64,000 nt of DNA from Hemiscyllium ocellatum (Eukaryota), in assembly GCF_020745735.1 (NCBI RefSeq), contig NC_083425.1, positions 10,217,575-10,281,574 on the forward strand, written 5' to 3'. Below are positions 37,612 through 51,000 of this stretch, piece after piece (positions within the stretch are counted from its first letter, which is position 1; each line of letters starts with the position of its first letter). Both the position numbers and the translations under genes were made by a program. The notes under the pieces are model-generated. The model was given only the letters and a program-made list of their open reading frames with translations. It had not been told where the DNA came from and made no database searches.

Positions 37612-39700
37612 TTGTTCACTCTCTTGTGGGACATGGGGGTCGCTGGCTGGGCTAGCATTTATTGCCCCGTCCCTAATTGCCCCTTGAGAAGGTGGGGCTG
37701 AGCTGCCTTCTTGAACTGCTGCAGTCCATGTGCTGTGGATAGATCCATAATGCCCTTAGGGAGGGAATTCCATGGTATTTACCCAGTGACAGTGAAGGAA
37801 CGGGGATATATTTCCAAGTCAGGATGGGGAGTAGTTTGGAGGGGAACCACAAGGGGTGGTGTTCCCATGTATCTACTGCCCATGTCCTTATGGATGGAAG
37901 TGGTCATGGGTTTAGAAGGTGCTGTCTGAGGACCTTTGGTGAATTTCTGCAGTACATCTTGCAGATAGTACCCACTGCTGCTACTGCGGGGTAGTGGTGG
38001 GAGTGGATGTTTGTGGATGTGGTGCCAGTATTCCCAGCCTCTGACCTGCTTTTGTACCCACTTGAGTCCAATTGAGTTTCTGGTCAATGGTAACACCCAG
38101 GTTATTGATAGTGGGGAATTCAATGATTGCCATGCCATTGAATGTTAAATCATCTGTTATTGGGGATGGTCATTGCCTGGCATTTGTGTGGTGCAATGTT
38201 ACTTGCCACTGAATAGCCCAAGCCTGGATATTGTTTCAGTGTGTGAGGAGTCACGAATGGTGCTGAGCATTATGCAATCATCGTTGAACATCCTTATGTC
38301 TGACCTTATGATGGAGGGAAGGTCATTGATGAAGCAGCTGAAGATGGTTGGGTCAAAGACACTACCCTGAGGAGCTCCTGCACAGATGTCCTGGAGCTGA
38401 GATGACTGACTTCCAACAACCACGACCATCTTCCTATGTGTCAGGTATGACTCCAATCACTGGAGAGTTTGCTCCGATGCCCATTGATTCCAGGTTTGCT
38501 TGGGCTCCTTAATGCCACACTTGGTTGAATTTAGCTTTGATGTGAAGGGCTATCCCTTTCCCCTCCCTCTGGAATTCAGCTCTGTTGTCCATATTTGAAC
38601 CAAGGCTGTAATGAGGTCAGAAGTTGAGTGGCCCTGGCAGAACCCAAACTGGGTATTGCTGAGCAGGTAATTACTGAGCAGGTACTACTTAATAGCACTG
38701 CTGATGACATCTTCCACCACTTTACTGATGATCGAGAGTAGACTAATGGGGTGGTAAATGGCCGGGTTGGATTTGTCCTGTTTGGTGGCTTCACAAGGTT
38801 GACATTTTATCTTCAGGAATGCCTGGTGCTACTCCTGGCATGCCCTCCTGCACTCTCCATTGAACCACGGTTAATCCCCTGCTTGATGGTAATGATTGAG
38901 ATGGGGATAAGCTGGGTCATGAGGTTACAGATTGTGCTGGAGTGCAATTCGGCTGCTGTTGATGGCCCACAGTGCCTCATGGATGTCCAGTCTTGAGTTT
39001 CCAGGTCTATTCAAAGACTGTCCCACTTAGCACAGTGATAGTGCCACACAAAAAAGGACATTATTTTCATTGTGAAGGTGGCACTTTGTGTCCATAAGGA
39101 CTTGTGCGGTGGTCACTCTTCCAGATGGACAAGTTCATCTGCAGTTGGCCCATTGGTAAGGATAAGGTCAAGTATGTTTTCCCTCTTGTTGGTTCCCTCA
39201 CCACCTGCCGCAGACCCAGTCGAGCAGCATTTAGGACCCAACCAGCTCGATCTGGAGTACTACTGCCGAGCCACTCTTGGTGGCGGACATTGAAATTCCC
39301 CACCTAGAGATCATTCTGTGCCCTTGCCACCCCCAGTGCTTCCTCAAAGTGTTGTATATCATGGAGAAGTACCGATTCATCAGCTGAAGAAGGACGGTTT
39401 GTGGTCATCTATAGGAGGTTGCCTTGACCACGTTTAACCTGAAACCTTGAGACTTCTTGGGGTCCAGAGTCAATGTGGAGGACTCCCAGGGCGACTCCCT
39501 CTGGTATACCACTGTGCTGCTTCTTCTGCTGGGTCTGTCCTGCCACAGTGGAGTCTGGGACATTGTCTGTAAGGTATGATTCCATGACTATGACTATGTC
39601 AGGCTGTTGCCTGGGAAACAGCTCACCCAATGTTGGCACTAGCCCCCAGATATTCGTGAGAAGGACTTTGCAGGGTCAACTGGGCTATTTCAGCTGTTGT
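37612..39700 (-). mobile_element. CR1/L2-clade LINE remnant with endonuclease and RT fragments
   Basis: PDIVIVMESYL and GNFNVRHQEWLGSSTPDRAG (APE domain); ESYL..RKMVVVVG..GAPQGSV..P.IFSCFINDLP..MFNDDC (RT); related 3' pieces at ~3010-3380, 25905-26160, 63480-63700. Confidence 0.82.
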
Positions 39701-40137
39701 CTTCTCCGGGGCAAAGGTAATTATTGTGAATACAGGAAGGAAAGTTCACACTCTACAAATAACGGTCTAAGTTCTTCAATCACATTAAAGCCAATTGGCG
39801 TTGAAGAAACACGTGTTACAGCAGAACCAATTGTAAATGAAATAGGTAATCGGCAAAACGCCATGCTAGGGCAGAGTGTCCCGTGCTGAGCTCTCAGTGA
39901 ATATCGGAGTTGCTGGTTTCCAGTTTGGATATTAAACCATCAGATGATGTGAAAGATCCTGTCCTACTATCTGAAGATGGACAGAGGAGCGTCCTGGCCA
40001 ACATTAATCCCTGGGACAGCTCATTGACCCATTGGTCTTCTCGTGAACTGGCTGTGTCCATTGGATGGTCAGCATTTATTGCCCACCCCAGATGGCAGTT
40101 AACAATCAAACACATCGCTGTGTGTCTGGAGTCACAT

Positions 40138-40880
40138 GTGGGGTATTTTGGTAAAACAAACAAGACAATTAAAAGTAGGGCCTTGGGTAGAGTTGTAGAA
40201 CCGAGAGACCGAGGGGTTCAGCTGCATAATTCTTTGGGGTTCGCATCACAGATTGACAGGGTGGTTAAGAAGGTGTTTAGTACACTTGCCTTCATTGCTC
40301 AGACCTTTCAGTTTAGGAGTTGGGACGTTATGTTGAGGTGGTACAGGATGTTGGTGAGGCCTCCTCTGGAGTACTGTGTGTAGTTTTGGTCAACCTGTTA
40401 TAGGAACAATATTATTAAACTGGAGAGGGGTCAGAAAAGATTTATCAGGAGGGTGCCAGGACTGGAGGGTTTGAATTATCGGATAGGCTGGGACTTTCTT
40501 CACTGGAGCGTAGGGGGTTGTGGGGTAATCTTATTGAGGTCTATAAAAGCATGTGGGGTATCAATAAGAGGAATAGTAGCTGCCTTTTCCCAAGGGTGGG
40601 AGATTTCAAGACCTTTAAGGTGAGAGGAGAGAGATTTTAAAAAGACAGCAGGGGCAAGTTTTTGCACAGAGAGTGGTTTGTGTGTGGAATGAATGTCCAG
40701 AGGAAGTGGTGGATGTGGGTACAGATACATTTAAAAGACATTTGGACATGGCCATGAATCGGAAAGGTTTGGTGGGATATGGGCCAAGCGCAGGCAAGTG
40801 GGACTAGTTTAGATTGGGATTATTGTCAAATGGAGTGGTTAGGCTGAAGGGTCTCTTTCCGTGCTGGACGGCTGTATGAC
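40138..40880 (+). mobile_element. CR1 LINE 3' fragment
   Basis: QIDRVVKKVFSTLAFI..LVRPPLEYCV; CR1 3'UTR tail. Confidence 0.85.
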
Positions 40881-43800
40881 AGCAGTTTCCTTCCCTAAAG
40901 GTTTTTCCTGATAATTGGCAACAATTTCACAGTCATCATTAGATTCTTAATTCCAGGTTTTTTTTATTGAATCTGCCATGAAGGGATGAACATTATCTGG
41001 GTCTCTGAATTAATAACACAGCGATCATACCACCAGGCCATCACCTCCACACCTCTCTCCCTGTTACCCTTCCAAACGAACGCTCGATTGTAAAGCACCC
41101 TGAGAAGCCCTGATGTTGTGAAAGGTGCTATAGCAATGCAGGATTGTTTTTTTTAAGACCATGCAGTTGCAGTACGAAACAGAAAACTATTAGGCCTTAG
41201 GTGATCAACAAAAGCTTGCCTTTGCTTTTATTTTCACAATGTGGTACAGGGGACTAAACATAACATTCACTCATTTTGTCTGGTCCCTCTTCAGTTTCAT
41301 CGGTGACAAACCTGCATGTGTTTACAGGAAGCTGGTGGGAGATCAGCAGATGGCCGAGGCATGAGGGGAGGGTCCGAGAGTGCGAGGGGTGGGGAGGGGG
41401 CTGAAGAGAAGGACCCCTGAAAGCACCAAAGGGACCTCCCCTCTCGTCAATATTGTCAGCTAAACACAGCTAAGTGTGGGCCAAGCTTATTGCACACACA
41501 GGAAAAGATGGTGATCATGCTGGGGGCATGCATTCTCCATGAAAAGCTACATTCAGAAGGACCGCGTCTGATCCACCACTAGCCCCAGAACCTCCCTCAG
41601 TCTCTGGGACCCTTAATGTAAAGAGGGCACTATAATCATTAGCAACACCATCAGCTCAAAAGGATGGGAATGTCTACCTGGGAATGTCACGTACAAAAGT
41701 CTTTATGGCGTGTATATATATATAGATATCTGTACACTGGTATTCACATGTTCACATAAATTAAATTGTGCAAATAGGCTTTAACAATTTCTAGATTTTT
41801 TGAGTTATTTTTACACGCACATTTCCAAAACCAATTTGGAATTCATTGCACATTTAACATCTCCAAGCATTTGCCAGACAACGTTAAAAAAAAGAAACAT
41901 ATCCATTGCGGTCCACTGTGCAAGCCGGTAACAGGCACTGAACATGGTACCTGACCTCAATTGACAACACACTCTGCCAGCGACTGAAGCAAATTACATG
42001 AAGAGGCGCTAAGTGAGGCATTGGGATGGAAAAGAATGTGAGGGGACATCAAAGAGAACAGCTAATGAGCCCAACCTTTCCCTGCCTCAAGGCTTGCATT
42101 ACAGGGTAAAGAAAGGAACAATCCCATCTATAAATTAAAGGCAAAACCATGGAATACAAAGATAAGTGAAAGGATTCCTCCTTGCCCAAGGTCAGGTTGT
42201 CCCTAAAAGGGATAATTACTGTCGATGTTCATTCTCTTAGAGGAGTTTTCCTGTGTATCCAGGAAATAACCCCTTCTTTATAAAGGACATTGCACAGAGG
42301 AACCCCCTCTCCTCATCTCCACGCACTGTCTGGAGGGAATGATACATCACTGACTATCTTACTGCATTCGAGAGGGATAGGTCTGCTTTAGTGAGAGGGT
42401 CGAGGCTTCTTTCTGTGTTCCTCAACCCTCGACATCCTCATTAAACTGAACTCTGCTCGACCTCCAAACTCAAAGTGCTGGAGAAACTCAGCAGCTCTGG
42501 CAACATCTGAGGAGAGAGAAGGAGAGTTAATGTTTCATTGAGGGTTAGAAGACAATAAGGAATCAGAACAGGAGTAGGCCATTTGACCCCTCTCTAGGAT
42601 CAGGCCTGATCTGACACTCCCCGTGTCTTCTTGGACATCTGACTTGAAACATTGACTCTGTTCCTCTCTCCACAGACAGACCTGCTGAGTTTCTCCAGCT
42701 CTGTGTGTGTATTTTCTTTCATTTAGTTCTCCAATGTCCTCAGCTCTTTATTCTCTCTCTCTTCAGCACCCAGCTGGAGATTGGGGATAAGGGCTGACAA
42801 ACCATGTCCAAACCAGAGAGTGCAACGGCAGTGATCCCAACGGCACTGTTCCGGGCACCCAATCCTCCTACCCTCTCCCCCTCCCCCACCTCCTGCTAGG
42901 TTCAGGCTCCACACGCATCTCTGACCTTCACCTGGAGTCAATCGACCATGAGGGGCCTCACAGCTCACTCTCCACTGGCTGTTATTGGACAACAATCAGA
43001 AGCTCCAACCATGAGGTGGTTTCTCTGCCCTCTCTTTAGCTCTGGGGAGGAGATGCTACAGCCCACTGACCCCTGACCCTGCTGAACATGGTGTATGTTC
43101 CTCAGTCTTGCCCCATCCTGTTATCGCAGGTTTGGAATCTCTCCTTGGGTTTTTATGCTAGGCCCCAAACTGGATAACTCCCGGAGGTAGAGTTCCAAAC
43201 TCCTGGATGGCTCAGTTCCCATGGAAACCCAGCCCACTTGAGTAACCTTTGAACTCTTTCCCCAACATGAGAAGGTAAATGAAAATGTTACAGTACAGAA
43301 GGAGGCCCTTTGGCCCATCATGTCTGTACCAACTCCCGGAGGAGCTACCCCTACCCAGCTGGTCCCACCCTCCAGCCCGATCTCCATAGCCTAGGGTCTA
43401 GGCCCAGGGTTGAGCAGTAAAGCTAAGGAAATGGTGGCACAATGACCCAAGACTCTGGACTGTAATCTAGGCCGTGGTTGCTGTTTTGGGGAAACTGCTC
43501 CAAATTTCACCGACGATGGTTAAGGAATTTAAATTCGCTCAATTAAGAATCTGGATTTGAAAGCTGTTTACAGTAACAGAAACTATCATGGATTGTCATC
43601 GGAAGCCATCTTGTTCATAAATCTGCCATCTTTATCCGCTGTGGCCTACATGTGACTCCAGTATGGCTGACCTAGCACTTCAAGATTGGCAACAATTGTT
43701 CACATCCCAAGTTTTAGTTAATGCTACAATCTGAACTAGCAAGAAACTCTACGAAAGTTGAGGCATTGGTGAATTATTCAAGAGTTCTAGCTGAACGTGG

Positions 43801-44219
43801 GATTCTGAAACTCGGAGTTCCGATCAGATTATTACCTCACGTTGTAATAAGACTGGAGTGAGGTGAAAACCCAGTGGAGGCACAGAATGTTGGCCATATG
43901 TTTACTCCTTGTTTAACTCCGACCTGAAGCTCTGGGAAGCAGTGATCCAACACTATGCACTACTGACACCAAATCACAACTGCAAGGAGTCAAAGTGAAT
44001 GTGCTGAAGCAGGGAGATGATCTGTGCTCGGGACGGTGGTGTCCATCAGTGTCCCCACACTGGCCATTATATTCAACCACCTGAACAGCTGACTAGTTTG
44101 GATACATCAAGGGGTGGGTGTGAGGTGGGGCGGATAATTGAGGAGGCTTGGGAGAAGGTCCCCATTAAGGAGCTGGCATTGACATAGGCCCAGCTTTGCT
44201 TCCCATTCATTTCATAGTG

Positions 44220-44668
44220 ATACAGAAACCAGCGACAGGAGTAGGTCATGCAGCCCTTTGAGGTCACTCTCCCACTCAATATCAGAGCGGGTCCATTTTC
44301 TCCCCATGGCCCTTGATGTCTTTAAAACCTGAAAACTTATAAATCGTTTTCTCGAATATATTCAGTGACTTGGCCTCCACGGCTTTCTGTGGTAGAGAAT
44401 TTGACAGGTTCACACCCCTTTAAGTAATGAAGTTTCTCCTGATCTCAGTCCAGAATTGTCTGTCCCTGAGGATATAACCCCTGGTTCCAGACTACCCTGC
44501 CTGGGTGGAAGCCTCCTCTGTATATCAAGTCTGTCCGGCCCAGTTAGTATGTTGGATGTTTCAATCGATCCCCCTCTCATCCCCCTAAACTCGAGCGAGC
44601 ACAGGTGCACTTGAACCAATCTCTCTTCAAAGGACAATGCTTCCATCCCAATATCAACCTGGTGAACC
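44220..44668 (-). mobile_element. CR1 LINE 3' remnant
   Basis: LSFEERL..LCSLEFRGMRG in ORF 44410-44673. Confidence 0.7.
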
Positions 44669-45469
44669 TCCACTGCTCTCCCTCTGTGTCAATTCAGCTG
44701 CAACCTCTGTACTAGGCCTCAATCCCACAATGGGAGGCCACCCATCTCAGTCTATCACTGATAACCCTCATGCCCAGGAGTCTCGGTATAATTTCTTCCC
44801 GATTCTGCTTGCAGTTTTGTGATGGGTTATTGTCAAAGTTAAGGTGGATAGCAAAACAGCAAGAGCTTTGGTTGATTCCCCCTAATTTTCACAGAATCTT
44901 GCAGCACACAGGAGGCTATTTGGCCCATTGGAACAATGTTGGCTCCTTATAAATTGGCAGTCTAATTAGTCCCAGTCCCCTCTTCTTTTGGCAAAATTTT
45001 GTAAATACATCTCTGGGTCCCCCTTGAATTCTGCACTTGACCATCCCGCCCAGGCCTTGCATTCCAGGTCATATCAACCCCCCGGTGTAAAATAATCTCT
45101 CCCCCTGTCTGTTATAACAGGCCCTTCCCCATGCATGCTCCTACCACTGTCCTTTTATCAATTATTTTACAGCCCTGTCCTCTGGTTTCCGGCCCCTGTG
45201 CTAATGAAAACACTTTCTTTGCAGGTACGTGAATAAAATTTCTTCACTGTCACTCGGTTAAAATTCCCTCCCTCATGGCATTGTGGGTGTACCTACAGCA
45301 CACGGATGCAGCGTTTCAAGAAGGTAGCACAGTACCACCTTCCCCAGGGCAAGTAGGGACGGGCAATAAATGCTGGTCTAGCCAGAGCCAACCACTCCTC
45401 TGAGTGAATAATGCAAAACCTTTTCTCTTGAATGACTTGGTATTCATTTCCAAACAGAATCTGGCATAT

Positions 45470-46266
45470 TATGTGCATGTGTGTGAATGTATGTGCATTC
45501 CTGTGTATAAGTGTGTATCTGCATGTATATGTGTTCGGGTGTATCTATAACTGTGTGTACATGTCTGTAAATGTTTGTGTGTCTATGAGAGTATGTGTGT
45601 CTATAAGTGTGTAGGTGGGTGTGTGCGTATGTGCCTATAAAAGTGTGTGTGTATGGGTATGAGTGTGTGGGTGTATCTGTCTCTAACTGTATGGGGTGTG
45701 TGCGTGGGTAGCTGTCTATAACTGTGTATGTGTGTGTGTGTATGGATGTGTGTGTGGGTATGTGTATCTATCTATAATTGTGTGTATGTATGTGGGTGTG
45801 TGTGTATCTGTCTGTAACTGTGGGTGTGTGTGTGGGTGTGTGTGGATGGGTGGTGCGCATATATCTGTCTGTATGTGGGTGTGAATATCTGCCTATAATT
45901 GTGTGTGTGTGTGTATCTGTCTATAACCTTGTGTGTCTGTCTGTCTGTCTATAACTGTGCATGTGTGTGTGTGTATATCTGTCTATAACTGTGTGTGTGG
46001 GTGTGTGTATCTGTCTATACTTGTGTTTGTGTGGGTGTGTGTGTATCTGCCTATAACTGTGTGTGTGTGGGTGTGTGTGTATCTGTCTATAACTGTGTGT
46101 GTGTGTTATGCATATGTGTGTGTGTATCTGTCTATAACTGTGTGGGTGTGGGTGTGTGCATATCTGCCTATAACTCTGTGTGTGTGTGTGTATCTGTCTA
46201 TAACTGTGTGTGTGTGGGTGAGTGTGCATGTCTATAAGAGTGTGTGTATCTAGAAGTGTTTGTGTA
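45470..46266. repeat. TG-rich compound minisatellite (GTGTATCTGTCTATAACTGTGTGT-like units)
   Basis: Recurrent tatctgtctataact core embedded in (TG)n. Confidence 0.9.
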
Positions 46267-46924
46267 TATTGCACACATCCTAACTTCCAGGGTAATGTTT
46301 GCTATGTTTTTGTGTATATTTTATACCTGCTGACCGGCCAGGTTGCGTTCTCACTGGAGATGAGGAATATTAGAGACTTGTTACTCCTTGATGTTTTGAA
46401 GAACTGGGCAATGGAAAACTATGAATAAGTAGCATTAACTTCACCAAATCCACCATCACTGAGAAATGGTCAAGATCTTCATTTCAGATGAAGATTTGTT
46501 CGAGTTTTTTAAACAGCTGGTAGACCTTGTTGCTGTCTAACAACAAATGTTAAAGTTTAGATTTCCAACTCGAGAATTCACAGGGTGCTGGAGACTTTAT
46601 GCACACATGTTGACGTTTAGATATAACTCTGTACACCAGCTGTCTGCTGCTGTTTGATGTGCTGATGTATCAGTTCATCTTTGATCCCACAGCATCTTTC
46701 TAATGTGACCAAACCACATTGAACATCTTGTTCACGTGAGGCTGAGGTGGACACACACACACACACACACACGACCAAAAAGCTACAGGCACAGCCTGCC
46801 ACACACACAGATAAGTACACTCACTTGGTCCATCAGATGGACTTCAGTGATTCAAGAAGGCAGCTCAGTCCCCCCTTTATAAGGGCAACTAATGATGGGC
46901 AGTGAATGTTGGTCTATCCAGTGA

Positions 46925-47045
46925 AGAAGGGCTCATGCCCGAAACGTTGATTCTCCTCTTCTTTGGATGCTGCCTGACCTGCTGCGCTTTTCCAGCAACA
47001 CATTTTTCAGCTCTGATCTCCAGCATCTGCAGTCCTCACTTTCTC
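46925..47045 (+). mobile_element. Penelope-like pLTR, family A, 5'-truncated inside the hammerhead
   Basis: 11-bp TSD CTATCCAGTGA at 46914-46924 and 47046-47056; GGGC-TCAT-GCCC-GAAA-CGTT. Confidence 0.82.
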
Positions 47046-47495
47046 CTATCCAGTGATGCCCACATCCTGTGGNNNNNNNNNNNNNNNNNNNNNNNNNNNN
47101 NNNNNNNNNNNNNNNNNNNNNNNNNNNNNNNNNNNNNNNNNNNNNNNNNNNNNNNNNNNNNNNNNNNNNNNNNNNNNNNNNNNNNNNNNNNNNNNNNNNN
47201 NGGGCTCGACCAGTCAGAGTTGGTGGTGGTGCATTAGCTGAAGGGAAATCTGCAGCAAGGATGAGGTGGTTTCTCTCGAGAGCTTACTGTAGCCACCACC
47301 TGGCTAGTCACACCCTCTCGATAAGCCTCACACTATCTTAAATCCCTCTGGTGGGTTTTGTGGGGACATTTAATATCTATTAAAAATAATCCTTCTTCCT
47401 CTTGAACCATCAGTGCCCCTTCAAGTGTCACCTTAACACCTTTCCCAGTTACCCGTTCGGTAGATAGCGCTTTTGTTCACCGTCGCCTGAATTGT

Positions 47496-47501
47496 TTTAT
47501 T
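47496..47501 (-). promoter_or_regulatory. Candidate proximal polyadenylation signal of GCGR
   Basis: AATAAA on the minus strand about 285 nt downstream of the stop codon. Confidence 0.45.
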
Positions 47502-47786
47502 ACTGCAACATGTTTGTTTTTGAAAAAAAAGTAAGAGTCCTGTGAGTGTCAGCCCGGGGCCGGGCACACGTGTAGCAGGAACACTGCTCTGAAAACAGGA
47601 TGAAGTCAAAATGGACATGACCCAAGTCCCCTGAAAAAAAAACCCATCAAGCATTTTGGTGGAATCATGGTGGGTGAGCTCCTCTCTGCTTTCGGCTCCA
47701 GATTCGGCGGTTTTCAAAGTCTTGCCTTGGGCTCCCAGTCACTCCTCCTTGTCTGTCCCATCAGAAACCTGGGGGTGATGGTGCAT

Positions 47787-48092
47787 CTAACAATGACTCT
47801 CCAACAGACAGAAAGCTTTGTGGTCTGTTTGTTTTGGACACTCGAAGTAGGGGGGCTTTCCCTTCAATGTTATTTGTTCAGATGACGACTCGGTGAATTG
47901 GGCCGGGGGTCCCACGGTGTGCTGGGAGATCTCACCTGTCCCGTTGTGATAGTTGCTGACTAACTTGTGTTTGTCCAGGTTGGCACTCCCATTCCTCGCC
48001 TGGGCAGGCTGGCTATAAGTGTGCCTGTACTCTTCCTCAATGTCCTGGCCCAGCTTCCATCTCTTCCATTTCTTCAGGAGCTCCGACTGGAC
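47787..48092 (-). CDS. GCGR: GCGR terminal coding exon (helix 8 and C-tail, 101 aa + TAG)
   Basis: Acceptor ttcccAG; [28 protein letters not shown]...FCLLESHC*, within ORF 47787..48173. Confidence 0.93.
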   Translation of the reverse strand, partial: VQSELLKKWKRWKLGQDIEEEYRHTYSQPAQARNGSANLDKHKLVSNYHNGTGEISQHTVGPPAQFTESSSEQITLKGKPPYFECPKQTDHKAFCLLESHC

Positions 48093-51000
48093 CTGGGAAT
48101 GGAGAGTGATCAGAGGAAAGAGGAAACATCGAGAGGGGCTGGGTGGTTTATAAACAGAACTGTGTGAGAGCAAGTCTCAGAGGAACAACTGAGCGAGGGT
48201 CACAGGCAGCTGAAGGAGTCACACAGTGTGGTGCTGGAAAAGCACAGCAGGTCAGGCAGCGTCCCAGGAGCAGGAGAGTCGACATTTCAGGCACTAGCCC
48301 TTCATCAGGGTCATCACATTTCTGATCAAGGGCCTATTGCTGAAACCTCGCCTCTCCTGCTCCTCGGATGCTGCCTGAACTGCTGTGCTTTTCCAGCGCC
48401 ACACTCTGATCTCCAGCGTCTGTGGTCCTCACTTTCTCCCAGCCTGAAGGAGGGCAACTAGCCAAGGGAGAAGGGAATTGTGACACCCCTCACAGAGTGG
48501 GAAGGCGACCATGGATCACTCCACCTGAAACGTCAACTCTGATTTCTCTCCACAGATGCTGCCAGACCTGCTGAGCTTTTCCAGCAACTTCTGTATCTTT
48601 TAACAGCATCCACAGTTCTTTCAGTTTTTTAGAAATTTCATTCATTTGCCTTCCAACTTTATGAGGGATAAGGGATCCATTTCTGAGTGACAGGAGCTCA
48701 TTCCCCTCTCTGGCCCACCAGTGTCTTAGTCTCTATTTTCCTGCTCCCATTGGTCCCTTGTGACCAACCCCACCTCTGTTTCGGGGCTAATTTAGATTCC
48801 TTAACATTTTAATTCCTTACTCTCTCAGACATCTGCTCCTACAGGTTCATAGTGTCTCTGATTCACAAATGGTACATCTCGGAGTTAGGAGTGGAACACT
48901 CAAGTTCCTTGATTAGAGTGGTGCTGGAAAAGCACAGCAGGTCAGGTAGCATCCGAGGAGCAGAAAAATCGACATTTCGGGCAAAATCCATTCATCAGGA
49001 ATATTCCTGATGAAGGGCTTTTGCCCGAAACGTCGATTTTCCTGCTCCTCGGCTGCTGCCTGACCAGCTGTGCTTTTCCAGCACCACTCTAATCTAGAAT
49101 CTGGTTTCCAGCATCTGCAGTCCTTGTTTTTCCCCACTCAAGTTCCTCCTCAATGACCTGCTCTTGAGTGTCAACGTTTCTCTGTCACAGTCTCCCTAGG
49201 AATGTCGACTCTCATTCAGACTCTCCTGATCTTATTGGTTTGGTGCTCTCCAGTTTGAGTATCTAGCTCAGGTGGAGATTACTTTTGTTTCTGAAAACAG
49301 AAGGTGAACAGCTAAATGCCCCCCCACCCACTTCCAGAGATGGAGCCGGAGTTTCGGGCGATGTAGTGAGTACTGACACTAATGCTGCGCTGTGGAAAGG
49401 TTTTGGCTTTCTGGATGACTAAGACCCCACGTGGGGTCTGATGGCAGCACTCTGCCACTGCAATCCCCACCGAAACAGGCCACGTGACCGTTTCTCACCA
49501 GCACTACCCGTGGGATCTTCCTGTGCACCAAATGCCCGCTGCAGTCCCCCCCCAACCCCGTCACAAAACGCACGGGGAGCCTCGGAGCTCACGCAAGGTG
49601 TACCAGGAAAGGCCAGCTGCTTCTTTTGTCTACCTCACGCTGAGGATAAGATCTGAGGTACCACCTTTTCTTGGCCCTAGGCCAGTGATGAGAACAAGTA
49701 ACAGACCTCAGTGGCCATTCCCCGCCCCTAAGGGGGCGCTCCTCCTCCCACCCCGCCCTCCAACCCCCACGCCATGTCATTGTTGTCCCATGACCTGACT
49801 CCAAGTCAGGAACAAAGCCCTTGGCCCACAGCAAGGCCAGGGATCTTCAGAAAGTTGACCCTCCCCATCCAGCCCACACCAGGAATAGTACAGAAAAGAC
49901 AGAAGCCAATTCCATTGGCCGTTTTACCTCTCTGTTGACAAAGCAGTACAATATGGCCACCAGCATACCCTGCAAGACAAGAAGATGCTGTTAGTATCTC
50001 CATGAAATTGTCATGGTGACAAATAGATTTTCTTATTGGGATAATGTGCATTAGAGAGTGGAATTGGGCTCATGGGTGCTTCATCAAAACCAACTGGCTG
50101 TGTTCTCAGGTCACTTTAGATCTACCTGCCTCGATCCATTGTGGATGGATGGTTTAGTGGTTTTACTGTGAGATCATTAATCCAGAAACGCAAGTAATCC
50201 CCTGGTCTCAGTCAAACACTCAAGCTGCAACGATATTACCTCATTAATGATGGAAAAGGTTCCGATTAGTGCAGGGGTGACAGGTCACTGGTTCAAGAGA
50301 TTTCAATGAGTGCAGGGGGAAGAGGTCACTGGTTAAAGAGGCTCCGATATGTGCGGGGTTAAAGGTCACTGGTTAAACAGGCTCCAATAAGTGCAGGGGG
50401 GAGAGGTCACTGGTTAAAGAGGTCCTGATATGCGCGGGGTAAAGGTCACTGGTTAAACAGGTTGCAATGAATGCATCGGGGAGAGGTCATTGATTAAACA
50501 GGTTCCAATGAGTGCAGCGGGGAGAGGTCACTGGTTAATGAGTGCAGCGGGGAGAGGTCACTGGTTAAACAGGCTCCGATGAGCGCGGGGGAAAAGGTCA
50601 CTGGTTAATGAGTGCAGGGGGGAGAGGTCACTGGTTAAACAGGTTGCAATGAATGCACCGGGGAGAGGTCATTGATTAAACAGGTTCCAATGAGTGCAGC
50701 GGGGAGAGGTCACTGGTTAATGAGTGCAGCGGGGAGAGGTCACTGGTTAAACAGGCTCCGATGAGCGCGGGGGAAAAGGTCACTGGTTAATGAGTGCAGG
50801 GGTGAGAGGTCACTGGTTAAACAGGTTCCGATGAGCGCGGGGAAAAGGTCACTGGTTAATGAGTGCAGGGGGGAGAGGTCACTGGTTAAAGCAGAGGAGC
50901 TCTGTACAAAGACAGGTTCAACTCAAATCCTCCCCATGATGGCGAGGGTAAGGGGGACCGCTCAGCAAGTGAACCCAACCATTGGAGCAGCAGTCGGGTA

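Noticed and set aside
45432-46274. Cys/Val-rich ORFs
   Set aside because: TG-rich repeat, not coding.
50255-50890. CRISPR-like regularly spaced repeats (also 53053-53250)
   Set aside because: Intervening sequences are themselves repeated, there are no cas genes, and the context is vertebrate.
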